NCBI GenBank assembly: GCA_036012755.1
Contig: DASCPX010000245.1
Coordinates: 1-53,265, forward strand
Direction of reading: 5' to 3'
DNA: 53,265 nucleotides
Source: Myxococcota bacterium
GTDB lineage: Bacteria > Myxococcota_A > UBA796 > CAJQPC01
Part shown: positions 6,589-15,927 of the stretch, piece by piece
Layout of the letters: each line of letters starts with the position of its first letter
Position numbering within the stretch: position 1 is the first letter of the stretch
Made by a program: the position numbers and the translations under genes
The notes under the pieces: model-generated
What the model was told of the DNA's origin: nothing
The model's input: only the letters and a program-made list of their open reading frames with translations
The model's database searches: none

Positions 6589-9160
6589 TGATGTCGCGCG
6601 CAGCTTCGCCGACCAACACGGGCTGAAGGATTCGGTCCACCAGGCGCTGTCGAAGCTCCTGAAGCAGCTGGATGCGGATGACGCGCCCCCTCCCCGGCGC
6701 AGGCGACGACGGATAGCCCTCCCCGAGCCGGATCCGGGCGCGCGGGATCGCTACGAGGACCTCGGCGTCATCGGGCAGGGCGGCATGGGCGAGGTCCGGC
6801 GGGTTCGCGACCGTGATCTGGGCCGTGTCTGCGCCATGAAGATCATCAGGGAGGAGTTCCTGGTCAACGAGGAGTTCGTCGCCCGCTTCATCGAGGAGGC
6901 CCAGGCCACCGCCCAGCTCGACCATCCCGGCATCGTCCCGGTCCTGGAACTCGGGCGCCTGCCGGACGGACGCCTCTACTTCACGATGCAGGAGGTGCGG
7001 GGCGACACCTTCGGCACCGTGATCAAGGCGCTCCACATCAGCTCCGACCAGGGCGGCTGGGGGAGCATCCAGGGTTGGACCTTCCGGCGGGCGGTCGACG
7101 CCTTCCACACCGCCTGCGAAGCCGTCGCCTACGCCCACTCCAGAGGCGTGATCCACCGGGACATCAAGCCCGCCAACATCATGGTCGGTGCCTTCGGCGA
7201 GGTGCAGGTGATGGACTGGGGCCTCGCCAAGGTGATCGATCGCCACGGCAAGGCCGAGGAGGGTCGGCTGGGTCCGGTCTCCACCGCACGCTCGGTGGAC
7301 CTCACGCGGGCGACGCTCGTGGGGACCGTCGCCGGGACGCCCTGGTACATGTCGCCGGAGCAGGCCAGCGGGCAGGTCTACAAGCTCGGTCCGCCAGCCG
7401 ACGTCTATTCCCTCGGGGCCGTGCTGTATTCCCTCCTGTGCGGTCGCCCGCCCTACGAGGGCAAGGTGGGCAGCGAGGTCCTGGAGAAGGTCAAGACCGA
7501 GCCCTGCATCCCGCTGTCGATCCGCCAGACGCCGCCGCTTCCAGAGGGTCTCGTCGAGATCTGCGAGCGCGCCATGAGGCTCGACGACCAGGCGCGCTAC
7601 CCGACCGCCCAGGGGCTCGCCCAGGCTGTCGCCGCCTGGCTCGACGGCGAGCGCAAGCTGGCTCAGGCACAAGGCGTCGTCGAGCGCGCGGAGGGCCTTG
7701 GACCCCGGGTGGACCAGTGGAAGGGGATGGCCGCTGACCTTCGAGGAGAAGCAGACCGTATCCTCGCCGGCGTGGAGCCCTGGCGCCCGGCAGAGGACAA
7801 GCAGCGAGCCTGGCGCCTCCAGGACGAAGCGGAGGAGCTGGAGCGCCAGATCGAGCGGGAGAAGCTGGAGGTCACCCAGACACTCCACGCGGCCCTCACG
7901 ATCGCGCCCGACCTCGCCACCGCCCACGCGCTGTTGGCCGAGCGCTATCGCGAGGAGCACGAGCTGGCTGAGCGCCAGCGGGACTCGAGGGACGCCGCCA
8001 GGGCGGAGGCCAACCTGCGCGCCCACGCCCTCGCGCTCCCCGAGAGTCACGCGGCCCGCCGGGACCACCTCGAGTACCTGCGGGGTGATGGCCGCCTCAC
8101 CCTGTTGACCGATCCCCCTGCGGCGCGAGTCACGCTCTATGCCTTCGACCGGCGCGCCAGGCACCTGACGCCGAAGCTGTGCTCCGATCCCGGCGAGACA
8201 CCGCTGGTGGACGTCAGCCTCCCGATGGGCTCCTATCTATGTGAGATCGTTCGGGACGGACGACCTGTTGTGCTCTATCCCTTCGCCCTCGGTCGCCAGG
8301 AGCACCACGACGCGGTGCCACCAGGATGCAGCGACACCCACCGAGTGCACCTCCCGGCGGCGCTGTCCGAGGACGACTGCTACGTGCCAGCGGGTTGGTT
8401 CTGGTCCGGCGGGGACGACGAGGCCCTCGACCCGCTGCCCCGACGCCGCCTCTGGTGCGAGGGCTTCGTGATGAAGCGCGATCCGGTCACCAATCGCCAG
8501 TATCTCGAGTTCCTCAATGCCCTGCTGTCGGCCGGACAACGGCAGCGAGCTGTGGGCTACGCGCCACACGAGATGGGCAAGGACGACGAGGCTGGCCTGC
8601 TCATCTATGGGCTCGGCCCCCGGGGATTCGAGCTCGTCCCAGACAAGGACGGCGACATCTGGGACCTCGACTGGCCCGTGTTCAACGTCGACGCGGAGGG
8701 CGCTCGGGCCTACGCGAGCTGGCTCGCCGCCAGGGACGACCTCCCCTGGCGCCTTCCGGCGGAGCTCGAGTGGGAGAAGGCAGCCCGTGGGGTCGATGGT
8801 CGCTTCTTCCCCTGGGGCGACCAGCTCGATCCCAGCTGGTGTTGCATGCGCGAGTCCCACGCCCAGCGCCCCCTGCCTGCGAAGGTCGACGCCTTCCCGG
8901 CGGACCTCTCGCCCTACGGTGTGCGCGGTCTCGGCGGCAACGTGCGGGACCTCTGCGGGGACGTCTTCTTGAAGGAGGGGCCGCCCGTGGACCAGCGCGT
9001 CGGAGCTCCGGTGGCCCCTGGCTCGGGTGACCGTCTCGTCGCTCGCGGCGGGCGGTGGAGCGGGCACGCCCGCTCGGCGAGGACCTGCAGCAGGAGCGGC
9101 GTCGCGCCCTCGGCTCGGCTCTCCAACCTCGGCTTCCGCCTCGCCAGGAGCGAGCCATGA
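6572..9160 (+). CDS. Hanks-type Ser/Thr protein kinase with a C-terminal FGE-sulfatase (SUMF1-like) domain
   Basis: GQGGMGEV, AMK, HRDIKPAN, DWGLAK, GTPWYMSPEQ; C-terminal PVTNRQY, RLPAELEWEKAARG, SPYGVRGLGGNV, LGFRLAR. Confidence 0.95.
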   Translation: MPQSNDDVARSFADQHGLKDSVHQALSKLLKQLDADDAPPPRRRRRRIALPEPDPGARDRYEDLGVIGQGGMGEVRRVRDRDLGRVCAMKIIREEFLVNEEFVARFIEEAQATAQLDHPGIVPVLELGRLPDGRLYFTMQEVRGDTFGTVIKALHISSDQGGWGSIQGWTFRRAVDAFHTACEAVAYAHSRGVIHRDIKPANIMVGAFGEVQVMDWGLAKVIDRHGKAEEGRLGPVSTARSVDLTRATLVGTVAGTPWYMSPEQASGQVYKLGPPADVYSLGAVLYSLLCGRPPYEGKVGSEVLEKVKTEPCIPLSIRQTPPLPEGLVEICERAMRLDDQARYPTAQGLAQAVAAWLDGERKLAQAQGVVERAEGLGPRVDQWKGMAADLRGEADRILAGVEPWRPAEDKQRAWRLQDEAEELERQIEREKLEVTQTLHAALTIAPDLATAHALLAERYREEHELAERQRDSRDAARAEANLRAHALALPESHAARRDHLEYLRGDGRLTLLTDPPAARVTLYAFDRRARHLTPKLCSDPGETPLVDVSLPMGSYLCEIVRDGRPVVLYPFALGRQEHHDAVPPGCSDTHRVHLPAALSEDDCYVPAGWFWSGGDDEALDPLPRRRLWCEGFVMKRDPVTNRQYLEFLNALLSAGQRQRAVGYAPHEMGKDDEAGLLIYGLGPRGFELVPDKDGDIWDLDWPVFNVDAEGARAYASWLAARDDLPWRLPAELEWEKAARGVDGRFFPWGDQLDPSWCCMRESHAQRPLPAKVDAFPADLSPYGVRGLGGNVRDLCGDVFLKEGPPVDQRVGAPVAPGSGDRLVARGGRWSGHARSARTCSRSGVAPSARLSNLGFRLARSEP

Positions 9161-10842
9161 TCTGGCTCGTCGCCTGCACGCAGCAGGTCGTAGAGGAGCC
9201 CAGCGCCCTCAACGACACCCTGGTCATCGCGATGCAGGCGGACATCTCCAGCCTGAACCCGGTCACCGCCCAGGCGGCCTCCGATCACAACGTGATCGAC
9301 ACCATGAACCGGCACCTGGTCCGCTCCGGCTTCGACTGCGGTCTGAGCTTCCACCCCGATCTCGCCGAGAGCTGGGAGTTCAACGAGGACAGCACCCAGC
9401 TGCGCATGCGACTGCGGACCGACGCGCTGTGGTCTGACGGCGTGCCCATCACCGCCCGCGACGTCGCCTTCACCTACGAGCTGGTCGCGGATGACCTCGT
9501 CGCCAGCCCGCGACGCCCCAACATCGAGCGCATGGTGCCCGAGAGTCGCGTCGAGATCCTGGGCGATCACGAGCTCGTGTTCCACTTCGTCAGCGGCTAC
9601 GACCAGACGACGATGCTGGCTCACGCCGGCGATGTCCAGCTCGTTCCCGAGCACGTCCTGCGAGACGCCGATCGCGCGACCCTGCGCGGGCACGCCTTCA
9701 GCCGGGAACCTGTCGTCAGCGGTCCCTGGCGGATCGAGCGCTGGGATCCCAACGATCGCCTGGTCATCGAGCCCGTCCAGGAGTGGTGGGGCCCCTCTGA
9801 GCAGAGACCCCACCTCCGCAGGGTCATCTTCAAGGTCCTCCCGGAGTACGCCACGCGCATCATGGAGCTGGAGAACGGCTCCTCGGACATGGTGGTGTCG
9901 CTCCAGGTCGCCGACGCGGACCGCATCGCCCGACAGCAGCCGGAGATCGACATCGTCCGGCGAGGCTGGCGCAGCACGGACTACCTCGCGTGGAACCGCT
10001 TCGACGCTGCCAGCTACTCGGCGGTCCTCGAGCGGATGGGCCCCGCCGAGATGGACTGGGGTCAGGTCGAACCCCACCCGCTGTTCTCCGAGGTCGAGGT
10101 CCGCCGGGCGCTGTCGATGGCGATCGACGTGGACAAGCTCATCGGCGATCTGCTGACCTCTTCAGAGACCGGCGAGGTCTACGGGAAGCGCGCGGTGTCG
10201 ACGGTCTCACCAGAGATCTGCGCGTACCACAACGCCGACATCGAGCCACTCCCGCATGATCCCGAAAAAGCCCGGCGGATCCTGGCGGGGCAGGGCTGGT
10301 CCGACACCGACGGCGACGGCGTCCTCGACAAGGCCGGGGTGCCCTTCCGCTTCACGCTGCTCACGAACTCCGGGAATCCCCGCAGGGCCAAGGCCTCGAT
10401 CATCATCCAGGCCAACCTCGCCGCCGTCGGCGTCGACGTGCAGATCGAGAAGCTCGAGTCGAACACCTTCTTCAGTCGCTTGCGAAAGAAGGACTTCGAG
10501 GTCGCGCTCTCGGGCTGGTCCGCTTCCACCTTCGTCGACATGTCCTCGCTGTGGCACTCGGGGCACCACAACGCCCAGAACTACACCAGCTACGACAACC
10601 CAGAGGTCGACGCGCTCATCGAGCAGGCGCTGTCCACCCCGGATCCCGTCGCTGCGCAGGCCCTGTGGAAGGAGGTCCAGGCGAAGGTCTACGCCGACCA
10701 GCCCTACACCTTCCTCTACTGGCGCGACGAGATCGTCGGCCTCCACGAGCGCTTCAGTGACGCAAAGGTCGACTTCCTCTACCCATACGGGGATCTGGAG
10801 ACCTGGTGGGTCCCTCCGGACGAGGTCAAGTACAAGCGATGA
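9157..10842 (+). CDS. ABC transporter substrate-binding lipoprotein, family 5 (OppA/DppA-like)
   Basis: PDLAESWE, LR....WSDGVPITARDVAFT, SGPWRIERW, VRRALSMAID, DQPYTFL; MIWLVAC start with ATGA overlap. Confidence 0.93.
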   Translation: MIWLVACTQQVVEEPSALNDTLVIAMQADISSLNPVTAQAASDHNVIDTMNRHLVRSGFDCGLSFHPDLAESWEFNEDSTQLRMRLRTDALWSDGVPITARDVAFTYELVADDLVASPRRPNIERMVPESRVEILGDHELVFHFVSGYDQTTMLAHAGDVQLVPEHVLRDADRATLRGHAFSREPVVSGPWRIERWDPNDRLVIEPVQEWWGPSEQRPHLRRVIFKVLPEYATRIMELENGSSDMVVSLQVADADRIARQQPEIDIVRRGWRSTDYLAWNRFDAASYSAVLERMGPAEMDWGQVEPHPLFSEVEVRRALSMAIDVDKLIGDLLTSSETGEVYGKRAVSTVSPEICAYHNADIEPLPHDPEKARRILAGQGWSDTDGDGVLDKAGVPFRFTLLTNSGNPRRAKASIIIQANLAAVGVDVQIEKLESNTFFSRLRKKDFEVALSGWSASTFVDMSSLWHSGHHNAQNYTSYDNPEVDALIEQALSTPDPVAAQALWKEVQAKVYADQPYTFLYWRDEIVGLHERFSDAKVDFLYPYGDLETWWVPPDEVKYKR

Positions 10843-11096
10843 CCTGGAGCGACTCGGAGCCGGAGGACGAGGCCTCGCGAGACCTCCTGTCGCACTTCGG
10901 TCAGCTCTACAGCCTGAGCGTGCTCACGCGTGAGAGGGGCTGGTTCCAGGAGCGCGGCTACCTCGCCGAGACGAAGTCCCGGGCGCTGGTCGAGCAGGCG
11001 GAGCTGATGCTCGCCGAGCTCCGGCCCGAGCTCTCGGCCGTCGTCGAGGCCTTCGGCATTCCCCGGCAGTCGCTGGGAGCCCCGATCGCCTTGTAG
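10839..11096 (+). CDS. Stand-alone acyl-CoA oxidase C-terminal domain fragment (possible remnant)
   Basis: LYSLSVL.RERGWFQERGYL...SRAL...L.AELRP....VVEAFGIP...LGAPIA matches the C-terminus of bacterial acyl-CoA oxidases; 85 aa only. Confidence 0.7.
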   Translation: MTWSDSEPEDEASRDLLSHFGQLYSLSVLTRERGWFQERGYLAETKSRALVEQAELMLAELRPELSAVVEAFGIPRQSLGAPIAL

Positions 11097-12062
11097 ATGC
11101 CAGAGAGCCCCGACTGCCTCCTGTGCGGAGAGAGCGCCTTCGAGGTCGTGCTCGACGACGTCCGCGACCTCGTGTGGCGCAAAGAGGGGCGCTTCACCCT
11201 CCAGCGCTGCTGTGAGTGCGGGCTGGTGATGACGCGGCCGCGACCGACGGCCGAGGAGCTCACCACCTACTACGAGGACGCCTATTCGGGTCGAGGTGAG
11301 CAGGCGGAGGCCAAGCGCAAGGGGGCGACATCGTTGATGGTTCGGCTGCTTGGCGCCTTCCGCATGACGGCGATCGGGCGGGGGCGATCCCTGCGGGCAG
11401 AGGACCACGTCCTGGACGTCGGTTGTTCCTACGGCGGCTTCCTCAAGGTGCTTCGAGACGAGGTCGGCTGCAGGACCTCGGGCATCGACTTCGACGCCGG
11501 GAGCATCGCCGGCGCCATCGAACCCGAGCGCTGCGACTACCGGAGCGGCACCCTGCTCGAGGCCGGCTACGAGGGCGGCAGCTTCAGCGTCGTCACCTTC
11601 ATCGAGTGCCTGGAGCACGACCCCCACCCGCTTGACAGCCTCGAGGAGGCCCATCGCGTGTTGGCGGACGAGGGCATCGTCGTGGTCGAGGTCCCGAGCT
11701 GGGACGGCGCCTGGCGCCAGGTCTTCGGCCGCTTCTGGCTTCCACTGTTGGTGCCGCAGCACCTCGTGCACTTCCGCCCTGCTTCGCTCCGGGCGGCCAT
11801 GGAGCAGGCCGGCTTCGAGGTCCTGCATCTCCAGTCGATGTTCTTCCCCCTGGAGGGCGTGGCTTCCCTCTGGCTCTGGCTCGTCGATCTGCTTGACATC
11901 CCGCCGCTCGGCGCCGAGCCGACGTGGCGCACGCCCCTGCACGTCCTCCTCTTTGCCTCCCTGATCGTGCCGCTGTGGTTCCTTGTCGAGGTGCCGAGTC
12001 AGCTCCTGCTGCGGCTCGTCGGTCGAAGCGGTCACGTCCTCGCGGTGGGGAAGAAGCAGTAG
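11097..12062 (+). CDS. Class I SAM-dependent methyltransferase with an N-terminal Zn ribbon
   Basis: CLLCG...CCECGL, VLDVGCSYGGFL, LEHDPHP, VVEVP, PQHLVHF. Confidence 0.9.
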   Translation: MPESPDCLLCGESAFEVVLDDVRDLVWRKEGRFTLQRCCECGLVMTRPRPTAEELTTYYEDAYSGRGEQAEAKRKGATSLMVRLLGAFRMTAIGRGRSLRAEDHVLDVGCSYGGFLKVLRDEVGCRTSGIDFDAGSIAGAIEPERCDYRSGTLLEAGYEGGSFSVVTFIECLEHDPHPLDSLEEAHRVLADEGIVVVEVPSWDGAWRQVFGRFWLPLLVPQHLVHFRPASLRAAMEQAGFEVLHLQSMFFPLEGVASLWLWLVDLLDIPPLGAEPTWRTPLHVLLFASLIVPLWFLVEVPSQLLLRLVGRSGHVLAVGKKQ

Positions 12063-12088
12063 ACTCTCGCCAACCTGGAGCACACCGA

Positions 12089-12886
12089 ATGCTGCCTCTG
12101 TTGACGCTGCCCGCTGGCCTCGAGCCCCCCCCTGCGCTCGCCGCCGAGTACGCCACCACCGCCGCGAAGAAGAGCTCGGGCGGGAAGAAGAGCAGCAAGC
12201 CCTACTGGAAGAAGGAGCCCTACCTGCAGGTCGGTGGCGGCGGCCAGGTCTTCGGCTCCAACGGCAACACCTTCAACGCGTGGATCGTCCACGGCGAGGC
12301 CGGCTACGAGTACGAGTACGTCGACAAGGGCAACTGGCCTCGCTGGGGGGGCTCGACCCGGATCGGCGGCGAGTACATCGTGCAGGCCGACAACGCAGAG
12401 GGGATGGACCTTCGCGTGGGCACCTTCTTCGGACCGCGCTGGAAGAACGCGGGACTCCAGATCGGGCCGGACGTCTTCTACAACACCTGGACCTATGGCC
12501 AGAACAAGCTGCCGGAGGCCTTCGGAGTCGAGGTGCCGGTGACGCTGAACGCAAGCCTAGGGCAGATCGCCCTGTTCGCCGGAGGCAGCGGCGCCATCAC
12601 CAACAACGCGCAGCGGGCCCGCGACTGGGATCTGCCCCTGCACGAGGCCGCGGCGTTCGCCGGAATCGGGGGCACCATCGAGGGCTTCGACATCGAGGCC
12701 TCCTACGAGTACCGCCTGACAGCAGCGGGGGAGCAGCAGACGATCCACCTGAACGCCAGGGTCGACGCCGAGACCTTCTGGCAGCTCCTCGGAGAGAGCG
12801 AGGATGACTCCGGTGGGGGTGGCAAGAAGAAGACCGACAGCGGCGGCGATGAGGAAGAAGAGGTCGGCGGGGCGGAGAAGAAGTAG
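12089..12886 (+). CDS. Putative secreted/outer-membrane beta-strand-rich protein
   Basis: GGAG RBS at 12077-12080; alternating aromatic/Gly strands (AGYEYEY, IEASYEYRL); low-complexity charged tail. Confidence 0.6.
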   Translation: MLPLLTLPAGLEPPPALAAEYATTAAKKSSGGKKSSKPYWKKEPYLQVGGGGQVFGSNGNTFNAWIVHGEAGYEYEYVDKGNWPRWGGSTRIGGEYIVQADNAEGMDLRVGTFFGPRWKNAGLQIGPDVFYNTWTYGQNKLPEAFGVEVPVTLNASLGQIALFAGGSGAITNNAQRARDWDLPLHEAAAFAGIGGTIEGFDIEASYEYRLTAAGEQQTIHLNARVDAETFWQLLGESEDDSGGGGKKKTDSGGDEEEEVGGAEKK

Positions 12887-13054
12887 CCTCTCGCGACCTG
12901 ATAATGGTGAACGATCATAGCCTGTTGGAGGCATCATTGGCAGCTCGATAGGGTGCTTTGCCTCGGCCGGATAGTCCGAATAGTCCTTACATTTTCGCGC
13001 GCGCGTGTGACAGATCGCGCGCACGTATCGATCCCGCCTGCCCAGGTGACCCCC

Positions 13055-13306
13055 ATGCTCATCGCCCTCCTCGCCACCGCCTTCCTCCGTGCGGAGCGCG
13101 ACACCGCCGGCAGCGGTCGCACCTACACCCTCGAGCTGCGTGTCTACGACGACGACGGCGCAGTGATCGACGCCCTGTATCCAGAGGTCTACGTGCCGCT
13201 CGGCAAGGGCTGCGGTGCCTGCTCCACGGGTGTCGGCACCTCTGGTGGTCTCGCCGGACTGGCGCTGCTCGGCGGCCTGGTCCTGCTCCGGCGTCGCGAG
13301 GGCTAG
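13055..13306 (+). CDS. 83-aa protein with a MYXO-CTERM-like C-terminal sorting signal
   Basis: Ends KGCGACSTG...LAGLALLGGLVLLRRREG (GCG/C motif, TM helix, Arg cluster); internal LRAER..GSGRTYT motif. Confidence 0.65.
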   Translation: MLIALLATAFLRAERDTAGSGRTYTLELRVYDDDGAVIDALYPEVYVPLGKGCGACSTGVGTSGGLAGLALLGGLVLLRRREG

Positions 13307-14142
13307 AAGCTCTCCGCTGCCTCGGCGATGGTCTGGTTGCTGCCCCAGCACACCAGGCGGTTGTCGCTCTGTTGGAGCCCGCAGTGGTAGCCCTCGCCCG
13401 AGGCCAGGCTGTGCATGACCTCGCCGGTGGGGCCGTCGTAGAGCGCGCAGCTGCCCCAGCAGTCCAGCCCGTCGCTGCCGATGGCGCAGCTGTGGCAGAT
13501 CACGCTCTGGTCGCCGAGGCCGATGCTCACCTGCTCCCAGCCGCTTCCATCCGGCGGGTCGGGGTCAGGCAGGGCGCCGGAGTGGTTCCAGCAGGTGAGC
13601 TCCCCAGCGTTCGTGACAGCGCAGTCGGACTCGCTCCCGGCTGCGACGTACTGGAAGCTGCCCGAGGGGGGCTCTTCCTCGAGGTACCCCCAGCAGGCCA
13701 GTGAGCCGTCCTCCTTCACGCCGCAGGTCCGGTCATTGCCGGCGGACAGCTGTACGAAGGCGCCGGTGGGCGGTGTGCTCTGGCCACGCTCGTCGCTGCC
13801 CCAGCAGGACACGCTGGCGTCCTCGGCGGAGATGGCGCAGGCGTGGTCCCGGCCGGCCTCCACGTCGACGAACTCGCCCTTCGGCGGCAGGTGGCGCCCG
13901 TCCTCCTTGGCACCCCAACAGGCGAGCTCGCCCTCCTCGGCGCCGACGGCGCAGGTGTGCTTGTCGCCGGCGCTGACGTCGGACCAGACACCCTCTGGCA
14001 CCTGGCTCTGCTCGTGGTCGTCGTTCCCCCAGCAGTCGATGGAGCCATCGGTCCAGTTGACGCAGAGGTGGGAGAAGCCGGCACCCAGCACGGGCGCCGA
14101 GGGCAGGACGGGGCCGCCGCAGGCCAGCAGGGTGATCAGCAC
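13303..14142 (-). CDS. RCC1/BLIP-II-like beta-propeller lipoprotein
   Basis: Repeated (V)SAG..H.C......G.L.CWG units; N-terminus MLITLLAC. Confidence 0.9.
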   Translation of the reverse strand: MLITLLACGGPVLPSAPVLGAGFSHLCVNWTDGSIDCWGNDDHEQSQVPEGVWSDVSAGDKHTCAVGAEEGELACWGAKEDGRHLPPKGEFVDVEAGRDHACAISAEDASVSCWGSDERGQSTPPTGAFVQLSAGNDRTCGVKEDGSLACWGYLEEEPPSGSFQYVAAGSESDCAVTNAGELTCWNHSGALPDPDPPDGSGWEQVSIGLGDQSVICHSCAIGSDGLDCWGSCALYDGPTGEVMHSLASGEGYHCGLQQSDNRLVCWGSNQTIAEAAESF

Positions 14143-14369
14143 TCCTCGAACTCCTCGAGGTAGTCACCGAGACCCTCGTCCGGGCAGGCGTCATCGCAGG
14201 TCGAGTCGCAGTCTCCGCAGTCGGGGTTGCAGGTGACCTCGACCGTTCCGCTCGAGCAGGAGCAGGCGCAGCAGCTCGGGGGCTCTGGGGCCGTGTACCA
14301 GTAGAGCGAGCGGTCGCTGTCGTCGAAGTCGGCCTCGCCGCCAGTGCAGGCAAACAACAACCAGATCAT
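14136..14369 (-). CDS. Small Cys-rich acidic lipoprotein (77 aa)
   Basis: MIWLLFAC...SCCACSC...TCNPDCGDCDSTCDDAC...EEC; overlaps the start of the RCC1 gene. Confidence 0.7.
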   Translation of the reverse strand: MIWLLFACTGGEADFDDSDRSLYWYTAPEPPSCCACSCSSGTVEVTCNPDCGDCDSTCDDACPDEGLGDYLEEFEEC

Positions 14370-14583
14370 GTCGTGCCCCGTGGGTTGAAGTCGGCGGAGA
14401 AGTTCGCGTGGGGCCCCAGCCCTCGATGCTGATGCGCTCGAGCATGCGGACCTCGAGGGCCCCGGTATCATGCATCGGTACCTGGCGGAGACTCGGAGAG
14501 AGTCACATCCGAGCCTGCACCTCCCGAGGGAGCGGCTCACCGACGGCTCCCTGAGGCCGGCGCGTTGGCTGTAGAGTTGGACC

Positions 14584-15828
14584 ATGGCACGCAACCCCTT
14601 CAACCCCGAGTCCCTCGCCACGATCACCCATGCCTTCGCGAAGAAGCAGACCGGAATCGTCAGCTCTTCTGCCGTCATGGGTGGGGGCGTCATGTTCGAG
14701 GGCGAGCCCCTCACCGAAGAGGCCGGTGACTTCATCATCCAGTGCTTGATGGCCGAGATGAAGTTCATGGAGTCCGCCCTGCGGTTCCAACGCGGCGAGG
14801 GTGAGCGGACCTTCGGGCCCAAGCTCTGGAGCGAGCTCCAGGTCCTGAAGGACCCCTCCCGGCTCGCTGGCGAGGAGGTGGTGCTCGCGGACAACACCAA
14901 CTCCAGGTTCGCTGGTCGCTTTCCAGTCCACCCGGACACGCGCATCATCCTCAACTCACCTCGCGACGGACACAGCCCCCTGGCGTGGATGTTCGACACG
15001 GAGCAGATCGACGTCACCATCGTGCGCGACGAGCTGTCGATCCTGGCGGCGCTGGACTTCTTCGACGTGAAGCACATCAGCGAGGTCATGGACGACGGTG
15101 ACGCCCACCGCACGAACGAACACGTTGTCGCCCACAAGCAGCTGATGAGGGAGGTCTTCGCCGAGCTGACCGAGCTCCGGCGAGGGGGGGTCAACCGGAA
15201 CGTGTCGATCGCCCGGCTCGAGGAGGAGTGGACGCTCGTCCGACAGGCTGACGAGTGGGTCGCCGTGGGCGTGCGTGCGGACGCCCCGCCGGATGTGGCC
15301 GAGGCCGCCTGCGCGGAGATCGAGAGGCGCTACGCCAAGCTCCAGTACGACAACTCGCTGTCGTCGGAAGCACGTGAGATCATTCGAAAGATCCACCTGA
15401 AGAACACGGGATCCGTTGCGCTCGTGCGGCGTGCGCAGAAGAACCGGGGCTTTTTCATGCGAGCCAAGGAGGCCTACGACGAGGGTCTCCGCAACATCAC
15501 CGTTGGCGCCTGGTCCGCCGCGGTGCGCTCCTTGAACATGGCGCGCAAGGCCAACCCGATGAACCCGATGATCCTGGCCAACCTCGGCTGGGCCCTCTAC
15601 CACGACGACACGAAGCCGCCCGCGGAGCGTCGGGAGGCGGCGCGCCAGCTGCTCGTGGATGCAGAGGCCATCTCCGACAACCAGGCCGAGCCATCGCTCA
15701 TGCTCGCGCGGATCGACCGCATGGAGGGCTTCCGCAAGCAGGCGGAGGAAAGGCTGATGATGGTGCTGCGAAAGGACCGCGCGAACGAGGCTGCGCGGCA
15801 GCTCCTGCACGAGATCAGGTCGAGCTGA
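14584..15828 (+). CDS. Degenerate J-domain-like + TPR protein (paralogue of 29969-31147)
   Basis: ADEWVAVGVRADA...RRY (J-domain helix I-II pattern, no HPD) and C-terminal TPR-like helices (LANLGWALY). Confidence 0.7.
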   Translation: MARNPFNPESLATITHAFAKKQTGIVSSSAVMGGGVMFEGEPLTEEAGDFIIQCLMAEMKFMESALRFQRGEGERTFGPKLWSELQVLKDPSRLAGEEVVLADNTNSRFAGRFPVHPDTRIILNSPRDGHSPLAWMFDTEQIDVTIVRDELSILAALDFFDVKHISEVMDDGDAHRTNEHVVAHKQLMREVFAELTELRRGGVNRNVSIARLEEEWTLVRQADEWVAVGVRADAPPDVAEAACAEIERRYAKLQYDNSLSSEAREIIRKIHLKNTGSVALVRRAQKNRGFFMRAKEAYDEGLRNITVGAWSAAVRSLNMARKANPMNPMILANLGWALYHDDTKPPAERREAARQLLVDAEAISDNQAEPSLMLARIDRMEGFRKQAEERLMMVLRKDRANEAARQLLHEIRSS

Positions 15829-15927
15829 GCTGCCACGCTGCGATCGAGCATCACCTCGACGGTCCCTTCGATCTGGGCCTGGGGCCCAGGCGCCGACTGG
15901 CCAGGCGCCTCGCGAGTTGCCCAGAGG

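Noticed and set aside
4444..10077. Long antisense or alternate-frame ORFs (e.g. 4444-6003, 5780-8164, 8914-10077; likewise 17875-20610, 23593-25806, 49846-51420)
   Set aside because: Shadow ORFs expected in high-GC DNA; they overlap genes with clear family motifs and carry none themselves.
15873..15889. Hairpin CTGGGCC-TGG-GGCCCAG between convergent genes as a terminator
   Set aside because: Only 7 bp with a 3-nt loop and no U-tract on either strand; likely by chance at this GC content.
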